Below are positions 8,933 through 17,772 of a stretch of DNA of 64,000 bases, one piece after another. The position numbers and the translations under genes were made by a program. Each line of letters starts with the position of its first letter. The first letter of the stretch is position 1. The notes under the pieces were generated by a model. The model saw only the letters and a program-made list of their open reading frames with translations, did not search any database and was not told where the DNA came from. The DNA comes from Escherichia phage FP43. Where the stretch lies: sequence record MN648445; one strand, written 5' to 3'.

Positions 8933-9289
8933 ATGACATATTCATTAAATCTTAAAGATTTCCAGGATGTATACGAAGTTTGTGCCAATGAACTTGGTCC
9001 TGATGCTCCAACTATTATTGAAGTTTTAAATGTGCTCCCTTCATCATTAGCTTACGAAGCCAAATCATGGGGTTGGAACGACACTGTAGTTCGTGATGAC
9101 CTTTACGTCCTGATGAACGATATGATGGTTAAAAAGGCAGAACCGGTTGCACCAATGGTTACCATTACCGTTGAAGAATATAATCGCCTGCAAGCCATTG
9201 AAGAGCTTCTGTGGAACATTGAATGTGACCTGCCGTCAGGGCTAGAATCCTGGATTGATTATGAAGAGCTCAATAAACTCCGGGGTTAA
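8933..9289 (+). CDS. hypothetical acidic protein
   Basis: 118-aa ORF. Confidence 0.5.
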   Translation: MTYSLNLKDFQDVYEVCANELGPDAPTIIEVLNVLPSSLAYEAKSWGWNDTVVRDDLYVLMNDMMVKKAEPVAPMVTITVEEYNRLQAIEELLWNIECDLPSGLESWIDYEELNKLRG

Positions 9290-9417
9290 ACCGTGGTATT
9301 CTGCTCGATGGGAGACTGTCGAGCCAGACGTCGAAACGGTTTACAACGACGAAGAACCATGTTATGATGAACCTTCAATAAATGAATTAATTGATATGGA
9401 AATGGGAAGAGATTATT

Positions 9418-9588
9418 ATGCAAGTTAAATTATTGTACCGTTTATTAAAAAATGGCAAGCATGATTGGTATTTGCTTATTAAAACCGATCCGAATTTTTT
9501 CTCTGGACAACCGTTTACAGTTCGTCCTACTAAACGTCAGCTTCGCAAAGCTAAACGTTCTCATCGTAACTTTTATAGAGAATATTGA
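9418..9588 (+). CDS. small basic protein
   Basis: ATG at 9418 within ORF 9391..9588; basic C-terminus. Confidence 0.3.
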   Translation: MQVKLLYRLLKNGKHDWYLLIKTDPNFFSGQPFTVRPTKRQLRKAKRSHRNFYREY

Positions 9589-9589
9589 T

Positions 9590-10003
9590 ATGAATATTTC
9601 TGAAACTCGCGGTAAATGGTTCAAGATTGTTAAAGAAGACGAAGAACTACAAGTCAAGTTTCCTGAATTAAAGAAAGGAACAATCATCAAGGTAATTGGT
9701 ACTACTACCGAAGATGGTTATGGCGACCATGGCATTATCGAAGTGATGTTGAACACAGGTGAGAAACTTTGCATCTATGACCGTGATACTTCTCTTTGGT
9801 GCTTCTGGGAATCCCATTCAATAGATGAACTCGAAGAAATTGACCAAGTAGTTTGTGATGGTGGACTTGGTGAATTCGAAGGTGAACGTATTTCTTATGC
9901 TTTAGCTAAATTAGCTTGTCAAGAAAATAATGACGGTTATGAAGGTAATCTGATGCAAGCCGCAGCGGAATACATTGAATATTTAGAAAGACGTTTAAGT
10001 TAA
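9590..10003 (+). CDS. hypothetical acidic protein
   Basis: ATG 9590 immediately after upstream stop; 137 aa. Confidence 0.45.
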   Translation: MNISETRGKWFKIVKEDEELQVKFPELKKGTIIKVIGTTTEDGYGDHGIIEVMLNTGEKLCIYDRDTSLWCFWESHSIDELEEIDQVVCDGGLGEFEGERISYALAKLACQENNDGYEGNLMQAAAEYIEYLERRLS

Positions 10004-10037
10004 TAAATACCCTTATCTATTTAAGGTAAGGGTTTAT
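10002..10037 (+). promoter_or_regulatory. late-promoter-like AATAAATA plus RBS-sequestering hairpin upstream of gene 49
   Basis: AATAAATA then ACCCTTA-N11-TAAGGGT hairpin containing the SD-like AAGG; same architecture as described for T4 gene 49. Confidence 0.4.
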
Positions 10038-10038
10038 T

Positions 10039-10512
10039 ATGTTATTATCTGGCAAATTATACAAAGAAGAAAAACAAAAATTTTATGATGCACAGAACGG
10101 TAAGTGTCCTATTTGCCACCGTGAATTAGACCCTGATGTTCAAGGTAACCATCTTGACCACGACCATGAATTAAACGGGCCAAAAGCTGGTAAGGTTCGT
10201 GGTTTACTATGTAACCTGTGCAATGCAGCAGAAGGTCAAATGAAGCATAAGTTCAACCGTTCTGGTCTTAAAGGTCAAAACGTTGATTACCTCGAATGGC
10301 TTGAAGCTCTTCTTGCTTATTTGAAACAAGACTATTCTGATAATAATGTCCATCCTAATTTTGTTCCAGACAAAACTAAAGAGTTCTCAAGACTAGGTAA
10401 AGAGGAAATGATGACCGAGATGCTTCAAAGAGGATTTGAATATAATGAATCTGATACTAAAACACAATTAATAGCTTCATTCAAAAAGCAGCTTAGAAAG
10501 AGTTTAAAATGA
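10039..10512 (+). CDS. 49: endonuclease VII (Holliday junction resolvase), gene 49
   Basis: 157 aa; near-identical to remembered T4 EndoVII (MLLTGKLYKEEKQKFYDAQNGKC...HLDHDHELNGPKAGKVRGLLCNLCN). Confidence 0.9.
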   Translation: MLLSGKLYKEEKQKFYDAQNGKCPICHRELDPDVQGNHLDHDHELNGPKAGKVRGLLCNLCNAAEGQMKHKFNRSGLKGQNVDYLEWLEALLAYLKQDYSDNNVHPNFVPDKTKEFSRLGKEEMMTEMLQRGFEYNESDTKTQLIASFKKQLRKSLK

Positions 10513-12326
10513 AAATTGAAAAAGAAATTGAAGGATTAATTTATAAAACTAATAAAGATCTTTTGAACGAGAATGCTAATAAAGATTCTCGTGTTTTTCC
10601 AACTCAACGGGACCTTATGGCTGGTATTGTGTCTAAGCACATTGCCAAAAATATGGTCCCGTCTTTTATTATGAATGCGCATGAAAGCGGAATCATTCAT
10701 ATGCATGATATTGATTATTCTCCTGCTCTTCCATTTACTAATTGTTGTTTAGTCGATTTAAAGGGGATGCTTGAGAACGGATTTAAATTAGGCAATGCTC
10801 AAATTGAAACGCCTAAATCGATTGGTGTTGCTACTGCAATTATGGCACAAATTACTGCACAGGTTGCTTCACATCAATACGGCGGAACGACTTTTGCTAA
10901 TGTAGATAAAGTACTTTCTCCTTATGTTAAACGTACATACGCTAAACATGTTGAAGATGCAGAAAAATGGCAAATCGCTGATGCGTTGAATTATGCTCAA
11001 TCTAAAACAGAAAAAGACGTATACGATGCATTCCAAGCTTATGAATATGAAGTAAATACTCTTTTTAGTTCAAACGGGCAAACGCCTTTTGTAACAATTA
11101 CATTTGGTACGGGAACCGATTGGACCGAACGAATGATTCAGAAGGCAATTCTTAAAAACCGCATTAAAGGTCTTGGTCGTGATGGAATAACTCCTATTTT
11201 TCCTAAACTTGTTATGTTTGTTGAAGAAGGTGTTAATCTTTATAAAGATGATCCAAACTATGATATTAAACAACTTGCGTTAGAATGTGCAAGCAAAAGA
11301 ATGTATCCTGACATTATTTCGGTTAAGAATAATAAAGCTATTACCGGTTCTTCAGTTCCGGTTTCTCCAATGGGTTGCCGTAGTTTCTTGAGCGTATGGA
11401 AAGATTCGACTGGTAATGAAATTCTTGATGGACGTAATAATCTTGGTGTTGTAACACTGAATCTTCCTCGCATCGCGTTAGATTCTTATATTGGAACACA
11501 GTTCAATGAACAGAAATTTGTTGAGCTATTTAATGAACGAATGGATCTGTGCTTTGAAGCCTTGATGTGCAGAATTAGTTCTTTAAAGGGCGTTAAAGCG
11601 ACTGTTGCTCCTATTCTTTACCAAGAAGGTGCATTCGGGGTTCGTCTTAAACCTGACGACGATATAATTGAGATATTTAAAAACGGTAGAAGTTCAGTGT
11701 CTTTAGGATACATTGGTATTCATGAATTGAATATTCTTGTTGGTCGTGATATTGGACAAGAAATTTTAACTAAAATGAATGCTCATCTTAAACAGTGGAC
11801 CGAAAGAACTGGATTTGCTTTTAGCTTATATTCTACTCCTGCTGAAAACCTTTGTTATCGCTTCTGTAAACTTGATACAGAAAAATATGGAAGTGTAAAA
11901 GATGTCACTGATAAAGGCTGGTACACTAACAGTTTCCATGTTTCAGTAGAAGAAAATATTACTCCGTTTGAAAAAATTTCTCGTGAAGCGCCATATCATT
12001 TCATTGCGACAGGTGGTCACATTTCTTATGTTGAACTTCCTGATATGAAAAATAACTTAAAAGGACTTGAGGCTGTCTGGGATTATGCTGCACAACATTT
12101 AGATTATTTTGGTGTTAATATGCCAGTGGATAAATGTTTTACATGCGGAAGTACTCATGAAATGACTCCTACTGAAAACGGATTTGTTTGTTCAGTTTGT
12201 GGAGAAACTGATCCTAAAAAGATGAACACCATAAGAAGAACATGCGGTTATTTGGGAAATCCGAACGAGCGCGGATTTAATCTAGGCAAAAATAAAGAAA
12301 TCATGCATAGGGTTAAACACCAATGA
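10509..12326 (+). CDS. nrdD: anaerobic ribonucleoside-triphosphate reductase
   Basis: 605 aa, uninterrupted; C-terminal glycyl-radical region and Cys cluster (CFTCGS...CSVCG); T4 NrdD is 605 aa. Confidence 0.95.
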   Translation: MKIEKEIEGLIYKTNKDLLNENANKDSRVFPTQRDLMAGIVSKHIAKNMVPSFIMNAHESGIIHMHDIDYSPALPFTNCCLVDLKGMLENGFKLGNAQIETPKSIGVATAIMAQITAQVASHQYGGTTFANVDKVLSPYVKRTYAKHVEDAEKWQIADALNYAQSKTEKDVYDAFQAYEYEVNTLFSSNGQTPFVTITFGTGTDWTERMIQKAILKNRIKGLGRDGITPIFPKLVMFVEEGVNLYKDDPNYDIKQLALECASKRMYPDIISVKNNKAITGSSVPVSPMGCRSFLSVWKDSTGNEILDGRNNLGVVTLNLPRIALDSYIGTQFNEQKFVELFNERMDLCFEALMCRISSLKGVKATVAPILYQEGAFGVRLKPDDDIIEIFKNGRSSVSLGYIGIHELNILVGRDIGQEILTKMNAHLKQWTERTGFAFSLYSTPAENLCYRFCKLDTEKYGSVKDVTDKGWYTNSFHVSVEENITPFEKISREAPYHFIATGGHISYVELPDMKNNLKGLEAVWDYAAQHLDYFGVNMPVDKCFTCGSTHEMTPTENGFVCSVCGETDPKKMNTIRRTCGYLGNPNERGFNLGKNKEIMHRVKHQ

Positions 12327-12793
12327 ATTATGATAGATTTTATCCTTGCGATTTTGTGAATGGCCCTGGTTGTAGGGTCGTTCTTTTCGTTACAGGGTGT
12401 TTGCATAAATGCGAAGGGTGTTATAATAAATCAACATGGAATGCTAGAAATGGTGTTCCATTCACTGGTGAAACACTAGAACAATTAATTGAATGTTTGA
12501 ATAATGATTATATAGAAGGATTGACTATAACTGGAGGAGACCCTCTCTATCCTGATAACCGAGATGTTATTCATTGCATTGTCCAAACAGTAAAAAATCT
12601 TTATCCCAGTAAAAGCATTTGGTTGTGGACAGGATACAAGTTTGAAGATATTAAACAACTAGAAATGCTTAAATATGTTGATGTTATTATTGATGGGAAG
12701 TATGAGAAAAATCTTCCGACCAAAAAGCTGTGGCGAGGATCAGATAATCAGCGACTTTGGTCAAATACCGATGGGGTGTGGAAACATGATTAA
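12323..12793 (+). CDS. nrdG: anaerobic RNR activating protein
   Basis: 156 aa; Cys-rich N-terminus (CDFVNGPGCRVVLFVTGCLHKCEGC); ATGA overlap with nrdD. Confidence 0.9.
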   Translation: MNYDRFYPCDFVNGPGCRVVLFVTGCLHKCEGCYNKSTWNARNGVPFTGETLEQLIECLNNDYIEGLTITGGDPLYPDNRDVIHCIVQTVKNLYPSKSIWLWTGYKFEDIKQLEMLKYVDVIIDGKYEKNLPTKKLWRGSDNQRLWSNTDGVWKHD

Positions 12794-12903
12794 ATTGAAT
12801 TACATTATGGATACTATAAATGATATGATTTTTCGTTTTGGTCCAGAATTTTATTCACAATATAGTTTAATGATTATCAATGCTTAGTTAATTAAGGGTA
12901 AAT

Positions 12904-13119
12904 ATGTACAAATTTCGTAAAGGTTTAGCTGATTTTCTTACAACTGTAACGTTCTTTTTGTTTATGGCAGTTGGAGCTATTTTTCTTATTCCTTTTACTG
13001 GTGTATTTTTCGTGATTAGTTTAATTTCTCCAGAAAAAGGTTTATCCTCCAGCGAATTCAATGAACGTTTGGACAAAATTACTAATAAACTGAATTCTGT
13101 TCTTGATAAAAAGGCTTAA
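12904..13119 (+). CDS. small membrane protein
   Basis: 71 aa; long hydrophobic stretch. Confidence 0.45.
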   Translation: MYKFRKGLADFLTTVTFFLFMAVGAIFLIPFTGVFFVISLISPEKGLSSSEFNERLDKITNKLNSVLDKKA

Positions 13120-13121
13120 TT

Positions 13122-13439
13122 ATGATTAGTTTTGAGCGGTATGTGGTAGAGAGTTGGAAGGGTTTTGATATGTTCGGTAATGACTATTATTTTTACGAAT
13201 GTAATCTAAATCCTAGTTTTTGGGCTGGACGTGAACGAGATCTAGAAGAAATTAATGCTCGTGCCGAATTGTTAGGTGAATTGCCTACGGTTTATTTTAC
13301 CTTTGATGCATCTGGATTTGTTATCCAGGTTTATTTTCCTGAAGAAAACTCTGGTGAGGATTCTGTTAATCCTCCTTATTGGGCTTACCAAGGAATTATT
13401 TCTCGTGGAACAAAACTCGAACTTAAAGAACAAGATTGA
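13122..13439 (+). CDS. hypothetical protein
   Basis: 105-aa ORF. Confidence 0.45.
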   Translation: MISFERYVVESWKGFDMFGNDYYFYECNLNPSFWAGRERDLEEINARAELLGELPTVYFTFDASGFVIQVYFPEENSGEDSVNPPYWAYQGIISRGTKLELKEQD

Positions 13440-13728
13440 AATCTATGGCATCCCTGAAGAAGTAGGACGTTGTCCAGGATGTTATGCTGTTACAAAACTT
13501 TTAAAGGATCTCAATGCTCCTTATACATTTTATAAAGTCCTCACTAATAATGGTAAGATTGAATATGACCGTCCTTTAATCGTATCTCTTGCTAAACGTG
13601 CAGGATTCACTTCACTTAATATTCGTTATCCTGTCATATTTTTAAATGATAAGAAACAAAAGAATATTGCAGAGTTTAAAAAGTCCTTGATTTCATTAGG
13701 ATATGACTCTGATATCATAGAAGATTGA
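13435..13728 (+). CDS. glutaredoxin-like (NrdH-like) thioredoxin-fold protein; start codon uncertain (no in-frame ATG before the CPGC motif)
   Basis: KIEIYGIPEEVGRCPGCYAVTKLL redox-fold signature; frame continues upstream only with non-ATG starts. Confidence 0.45.
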   Translation: MEIYGIPEEVGRCPGCYAVTKLLKDLNAPYTFYKVLTNNGKIEYDRPLIVSLAKRAGFTSLNIRYPVIFLNDKKQKNIAEFKKSLISLGYDSDIIED

Positions 13729-13752
13729 CCAGGTGCCGCCTGGTCTTCTTTA
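13727..13752 (+). terminator. intrinsic terminator-like hairpin
   Basis: GACCAGG TGCCG CCTGGTC then TTCTTT. Confidence 0.45.
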
Positions 13753-13837
13753 TCTCATTTCTAATATAATCCATTGGAATCTTCACTTCACTATCTCCTT
13801 GTGCCCCTCTCAACTCAAAAATATTTTTCATAAAACA

Positions 13838-13866
13838 GTTTACATCCTCGATAGATATGTTAAGAT
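13838..13866 (+). promoter_or_regulatory. T4-early-type promoter
   Basis: -35 GTTTAC, 17 bp, -10 TAAGAT. Confidence 0.4.
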
Positions 13867-13894
13867 TAAACCATCTGCTATAGAGGAAAACAAA

Positions 13895-14077
13895 ATGACA
13901 ATTGAAGATAAAGAAATTAAGGTTGACCAGTACTATTCTGTCAACGGTAATGCAGTACAGATAACCAGAGTTTCAAGCCTGGATGTTTGGTACCGTTCAA
14001 TCAAATATTCGGAAATTGGTGAAATGCTTTGTGACCGTGGTATCTTCTGTTCAATTGCAAAGGAAATTAAACCATGA
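13895..14077 (+). CDS. small hypothetical protein
   Basis: ATG 13895 after AGAGGA RBS and promoter. Confidence 0.35.
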   Translation: MTIEDKEIKVDQYYSVNGNAVQITRVSSLDVWYRSIKYSEIGEMLCDRGIFCSIAKEIKP

Positions 14078-14322
14078 TTAGTTTAGACTCAAAGAAAGTT
14101 GTTCTAACCCTTAAAGTTAATGACGAGCGACTGGTATTCATTACCATTTCCGATTTGCATGTTGAAATTGCTAATGGCGTTCGTACTTATCAAACGTCTA
14201 AAACTCATTGGGACTATATCCCAATGTTGACGCTTACTCAGCGTTTAGAATCAATCGGACTTAAAGACCTTTCAGTAAGTGAAGTGAATTTTATCAAACG
14301 CATTGTATCAATCAACCTCTGA
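14074..14322 (+). CDS. hypothetical protein
   Basis: 82-aa ORF, ATGA overlap. Confidence 0.45.
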   Translation: MISLDSKKVVLTLKVNDERLVFITISDLHVEIANGVRTYQTSKTHWDYIPMLTLTQRLESIGLKDLSVSEVNFIKRIVSINL

Positions 14323-14329
14323 GGTACTT

Positions 14330-14623
14330 ATGGGTAAAACATATCGTCGTAAAGATTTGAAAGTTCGCGATTACGACTATTTTGGTAAGCGTAAAGCTCC
14401 TGACGGTGTTAGCCACAAAGACATGGTTGAAAACATCTTCCGCTCAGATAAATGGAAACGTATGAAAGGTGTTGATTCTGAAGTCAAGAATGAAATGAAT
14501 CGACAACTCCGCAAAGAAGTTCGTAAGTTGAAAAAAGATGTTTACAGTAAAGAAGAGTATGATTATAATACTTCTCATACTGAAGCCAAACGTAAAGCTA
14601 ACGAATGTTATCGTTACAGTTGA
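14330..14623 (+). CDS. small basic protein
   Basis: ATG 14330 after GAGG RBS; Lys/Arg-rich. Confidence 0.45.
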   Translation: MGKTYRRKDLKVRDYDYFGKRKAPDGVSHKDMVENIFRSDKWKRMKGVDSEVKNEMNRQLRKEVRKLKKDVYSKEEYDYNTSHTEAKRKANECYRYS

Positions 14624-14630
14624 GGAAATT

Positions 14631-14765
14631 ATGAATATTAAACGAATGCTTTTTAAGCAAGGATTATATACTTTAAATGTTAATCCAAAGGGTGATACAA
14701 CTAAATGGTCTGTAAATGACTGGATTAAGTTCATCGATGAAAATGGGGCGTGGAACACAAAATGA
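14631..14765 (+). CDS. small hypothetical protein
   Basis: ATG 14631 after GAGGAA RBS. Confidence 0.3.
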   Translation: MNIKRMLFKQGLYTLNVNPKGDTTKWSVNDWIKFIDENGAWNTK

Positions 14766-14962
14766 ATCCTGAATCTATGTTATCGCAAAAGCTTCGTGAA
14801 GAACGTGCAGAATTCTTTGCCAATATGAAACTCAACGGCGTTGAGGATGAAGACTTCTTACGCTGGTTCTGGATTTACAAATACAAAGAATGCCAGCACG
14901 CTGTACTATTGACTTGTGCAGCTATGTACGAAGGCTGGAAAGGCGCTAAAAAGTTCGGTTAA
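14762..14962 (+). CDS. small hypothetical protein
   Basis: ATG 14762 overlapping upstream stop. Confidence 0.4.
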   Translation: MNPESMLSQKLREERAEFFANMKLNGVEDEDFLRWFWIYKYKECQHAVLLTCAAMYEGWKGAKKFG

Positions 14963-14965
14963 TAA

Positions 14966-14994
14966 TGTACAACGATAGGAAGACATGTTATTAT
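14966..14994 (+). promoter_or_regulatory. T4-early-type promoter
   Basis: -35 TGTACA, 17 bp, -10 TATTAT; IR GATAGGAAGA/TCTTCCTATC brackets -10. Confidence 0.5.
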
Positions 14995-15025
14995 CTTCCT
15001 ATCGTCTTAAAATGAGGAAAATATC

Positions 15026-15265
15026 ATGGCCCAAGAATTAGATTTTATCAAATTCAAAAAACACCTCGACGTTAAAATTGGGAATTCAATTGTTAGGATT
15101 GAGTATGACATTTTAACAGATGCTATTACTGTTAGTTGTGATGGAAATAGTTTCAGCTTCGATACAACCGAAAACAAATACCCAATCTATAAAGGCATCT
15201 TTGATATGGGTGTTGATATTACTCCACGTGATACAAATTACTTACTTTTCATGCTTAAAAAATAA
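15026..15265 (+). CDS. hypothetical protein
   Basis: 79-aa ORF with GAGGAA RBS and early promoter. Confidence 0.45.
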   Translation: MAQELDFIKFKKHLDVKIGNSIVRIEYDILTDAITVSCDGNSFSFDTTENKYPIYKGIFDMGVDITPRDTNYLLFMLKK

Positions 15266-15294
15266 TATACAAACTCTTGAGAGATGAGTATAAT
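15266..15294 (+). promoter_or_regulatory. T4-early-type promoter
   Basis: -35 TATACA, 17 bp, -10 TATAAT; IR GAGAGA/TCTCTC brackets -10. Confidence 0.5.
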
Positions 15295-15331
15295 TCTCTC
15301 GTTGGATAATAAAATAACCGAGGAAAATAAT

Positions 15332-15664
15332 ATGTCTACTAAAATCAAAAACGTAGTTAATTCTTTCGCTTTCGATAAAGTTGTTGCTCTTCTGGAATCC
15401 GGCAATATTGTTACTCCTCAAGTTCTTGACGCGTGGGAATTCCGTCTTTATGAAATCATGCAAAAACACGACCAGAAAATTGGACGTAATTCTATTCGTG
15501 AAATTCTAGTACAATATATTCTTTCTGAATTTGACGTTGCTGCATTTGGTGTTGAATCTAAAGCTTATCAGAAACATGAAATCTCTGAAAAGACTATCCG
15601 TCGTATGAAAAATCAACGTAAGAAAAAATTCGTTGACCTTAAAATTGTTAAGGCGGTAAAATGA
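15332..15664 (+). CDS. hypothetical protein
   Basis: ATG 15332 after GAGGAAAA RBS; early promoter upstream. Confidence 0.45.
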   Translation: MSTKIKNVVNSFAFDKVVALLESGNIVTPQVLDAWEFRLYEIMQKHDQKIGRNSIREILVQYILSEFDVAAFGVESKAYQKHEISEKTIRRMKNQRKKKFVDLKIVKAVK

Positions 15665-15888
15665 GCGTATTAACAGAAACTTTGATTAATGACCTGCGTC
15701 TAGCTGGTTACGAAGTTGGTACAAATAGCCTAGGTCTTCCTCAGATTGAAGGTCCTGGATTTATTCTAGAATACGAATTCAAACAATGGTGGTTATATGC
15801 TACGGTTGACGATGCGTTGAATATTGATTTCGTTGACCAATTTGATTCGCTGGATGCTGCCTTATTTGCAGCAAAGGAACTAGAATGA
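15661..15888 (+). CDS. hypothetical protein
   Basis: 75-aa ORF, ATGA overlap. Confidence 0.45.
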   Translation: MSVLTETLINDLRLAGYEVGTNSLGLPQIEGPGFILEYEFKQWWLYATVDDALNIDFVDQFDSLDAALFAAKELE

Positions 15889-16154
15889 AATTAACTCGAA
15901 TCAGTATAACTGAAGAAAAGCTGGGCGAATTTTACGTCGACAACTTTATGAAAGTTACGTATTTTCCATTTGTTAAAGGTGTCGGTTTTTGGGAACCTCA
16001 TGTATCTCAATTAAACGAAGGCGACTATAACGAAACACATGAGAACTTTTTAGATTTTCTTTATGGAGCTGGATTAACCGAGCTTTATATTGATATACAT
16101 GAGTTCAAACGTTTAATGGAAAAAGTATTCCAGGCGTATTGTTTGCTCCGATAG
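15885..16154 (+). CDS. hypothetical protein
   Basis: 89-aa ORF, ATGA overlap. Confidence 0.45.
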   Translation: MKLTRISITEEKLGEFYVDNFMKVTYFPFVKGVGFWEPHVSQLNEGDYNETHENFLDFLYGAGLTELYIDIHEFKRLMEKVFQAYCLLR

Positions 16155-16160
16155 TATCTC

Positions 16161-16205
16161 GTGCTTTAAGATAGGTCTCTAAATATTATGATATAATAGA
16201 CCTAT
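16161..16205 (+). promoter_or_regulatory. promoter-like element upstream of gene 55 (MotA-box-like TGCTTTA, -10 TATAAT)
   Basis: GTGCTTTAAG ... TATAAT; IR ATAGGTCT/AGACCTAT flanks it. Confidence 0.35.
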
Positions 16206-16226
16206 GAATTGAGCCAAGAGGTACTT

Positions 16227-16784
16227 ATGACTGAACAAAAACCTAAAAATAACTATGTGAATAATAAAGAGCTTCTCGCCGCTATAATCGAGTGGAAAAA
16301 GGAGCTCTTAAATAATAAAGACCCAAACAAAATTATTCGTCAGAATGATACCATCGGTTTAGCAATTATGCTTATCGCCGAAGGCCTGTCCAAACGTTTC
16401 AACTTTTCAGGATATACCCAGTCTTGGAAGCAGGAGATGATTGCAGATGGGATTGAAGCCTCTATTAAGGGACTTCATAATTTCGACGAAACTAAGTACA
16501 ATAACCCACATGCATACATAACTCGAGCTTGTTTTAATGCTTTTGTCCAACGTATCAAAAAAGAACGTAAGGAAGTTGCAAAGAAATATAGTTACTTCGT
16601 TCATAATGTCTACGACAGTCATGACGATGATATGGTAGCGTTGGTAGATGAAACGTTTATTCAAGACATCTACGATAAAATGACGCATTATGAAGAATCC
16701 GCTTATAAAGCTCCTGGGGCTGAAAAGAAGGAAGTTGTTAGCGATTCGCCTAGTTTGGATTTTTTATATGAGGATGACAATTGA
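16227..16784 (+). CDS. 55: late-transcription sigma factor gp55
   Basis: Near-identical to remembered T4 gp55 ([20 protein letters not shown]...[24 protein letters not shown]). Confidence 0.9.
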   Translation: MTEQKPKNNYVNNKELLAAIIEWKKELLNNKDPNKIIRQNDTIGLAIMLIAEGLSKRFNFSGYTQSWKQEMIADGIEASIKGLHNFDETKYNNPHAYITRACFNAFVQRIKKERKEVAKKYSYFVHNVYDSHDDDMVALVDETFIQDIYDKMTHYEESAYKAPGAEKKEVVSDSPSLDFLYEDDN

Positions 16785-16983
16785 CATCTCTAACTACTTA
16801 GAAGAACCTTTTGACGAAGCAATCCCTTATTTGGTAAAACTGTTGGGTCGTGAATTTAAAATTAATTTTGACATCGACCCTTTGAACCCACATGACGTGT
16901 CATTTTCGATAAATGGGACTCCAGTTGAGTACGAGTTCTGTATTGAAGAGGATGGACGTTTTTATTTTAATTTAATGAGATAA
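16774..16983 (+). CDS. small hypothetical protein
   Basis: ATG 16774 overlapping end of gene 55. Confidence 0.4.
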   Translation: MTIDISNYLEEPFDEAIPYLVKLLGREFKINFDIDPLNPHDVSFSINGTPVEYEFCIEEDGRFYFNLMR

Positions 16984-16984
16984 T

Positions 16985-17308
16985 ATGACTACCGAGATTA
17001 TTGAAAATAAAGAAGCAGAAGATGCAGTAGCTAAAATGCTACAAGAAATCCAAAAGAAAAATGAAGCTGAAGCACGTAAAAAATCCGAAAAGATTCTTAA
17101 AAAGAATCGTTTTGAACTAAACCGTCTTTATGCACATGCTCAAGAAGCAGCAATTCAAAACAACTTCGAAGCTTACGAATATGCTATTAAGAAATCTCGG
17201 GATATTCTACGACAACCATATAATGACAAGTTAATTAAAATCCAGTGGATTACTACTCGTCAGGCTATTGAGGACATCATTAATGGCGCTAGTTCAAACA
17301 AAGTTTAA
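16985..17308 (+). CDS. hypothetical protein
   Basis: 107-aa ORF. Confidence 0.45.
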   Translation: MTTEIIENKEAEDAVAKMLQEIQKKNEAEARKKSEKILKKNRFELNRLYAHAQEAAIQNNFEAYEYAIKKSRDILRQPYNDKLIKIQWITTRQAIEDIINGASSNKV

Positions 17309-17489
17309 ACGTCTGAAGCTGAACGCAGGGTTCTCCCTTAAATTGGGAGGTCCTCTTTGTGTTAAAATTTCTGAAAAGGAATATCACGACGGTTCTATTA
17401 CAGAAATTTGTCCGCCTATTGTAAAGGCAGACCCAAAACAACTCGTGTGGGTCGATTCATTTCAAGTTAAGAAATGGTGGAAACGATGA
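17283..17489 (+). CDS. small hypothetical protein
   Basis: ATG 17283 inside ORF 17268..17489. Confidence 0.35.
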   Translation: MALVQTKFKRLKLNAGFSLKLGGPLCVKISEKEYHDGSITEICPPIVKADPKQLVWVDSFQVKKWWKR

Positions 17490-17528
17490 GAGAAATTGAT
17501 TTAGGCATTTTCTGAGAGGTGCTTATGC

Positions 17529-17702
17529 ATGACGAACATCCCGACTTCTGAAAATTTCGATAAAATCCGTAAAGGCAAAGCAGAAAGAATGAGACGTTTT
17601 AAAGAGTCTTATGATAAAGCTAAAGCCGAAGGAACTATTACATACAAGCCCATTCGATTTAAAAGTTCAAATGAGCCTCTGTACGGTGTACTATGTGGAT
17701 AG
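17529..17702 (+). CDS. small hypothetical protein (57 aa, below ORF-track cutoff)
   Basis: ATG 17529 after GAGAGG RBS; stop immediately before TTCG terminator. Confidence 0.3.
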   Translation: MTNIPTSENFDKIRKGKAERMRRFKESYDKAKAEGTITYKPIRFKSSNEPLYGVLCG

Positions 17703-17727
17703 GAACTCTTCGGAGTTCCTTTTTTTG
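17702..17727 (+). terminator. intrinsic terminator (TTCG tetraloop)
   Basis: GGAACTC TTCG GAGTTCC then TTTTTTT. Confidence 0.7.
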
Positions 17728-17772
17728 CTTTATAAACGGATGATAAAATGAATTAACTAATGAGGAAATAAT

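Noticed and set aside
9261-9428. 55-codon acidic ORF overlapping the end of 8933..9289
   Set aside because: Substantial overlap with the upstream gene and no clear RBS; could be real but unsupported.
10509-12326. Possible group I intron or homing-endonuclease insertion in nrdD (as in T4 sunY) or elsewhere
   Set aside because: nrdD is a single uninterrupted 605-codon frame; no interrupted core gene and no GIY-YIG/HNH-like ORF was seen in this window.
12675-12887. 70-aa ORF overlapping the 3' end of nrdG
   Set aside because: Mostly inside nrdG in another frame, no RBS; likely spurious.
13276-13431. N-terminal extension of the glutaredoxin-like ORF as given in the ORF track (non-ATG start at 13276)
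   Set aside because: The extension lies almost wholly inside the 13122..13439 gene in another frame and has no fold signature; the redox domain starts only at about 13432.
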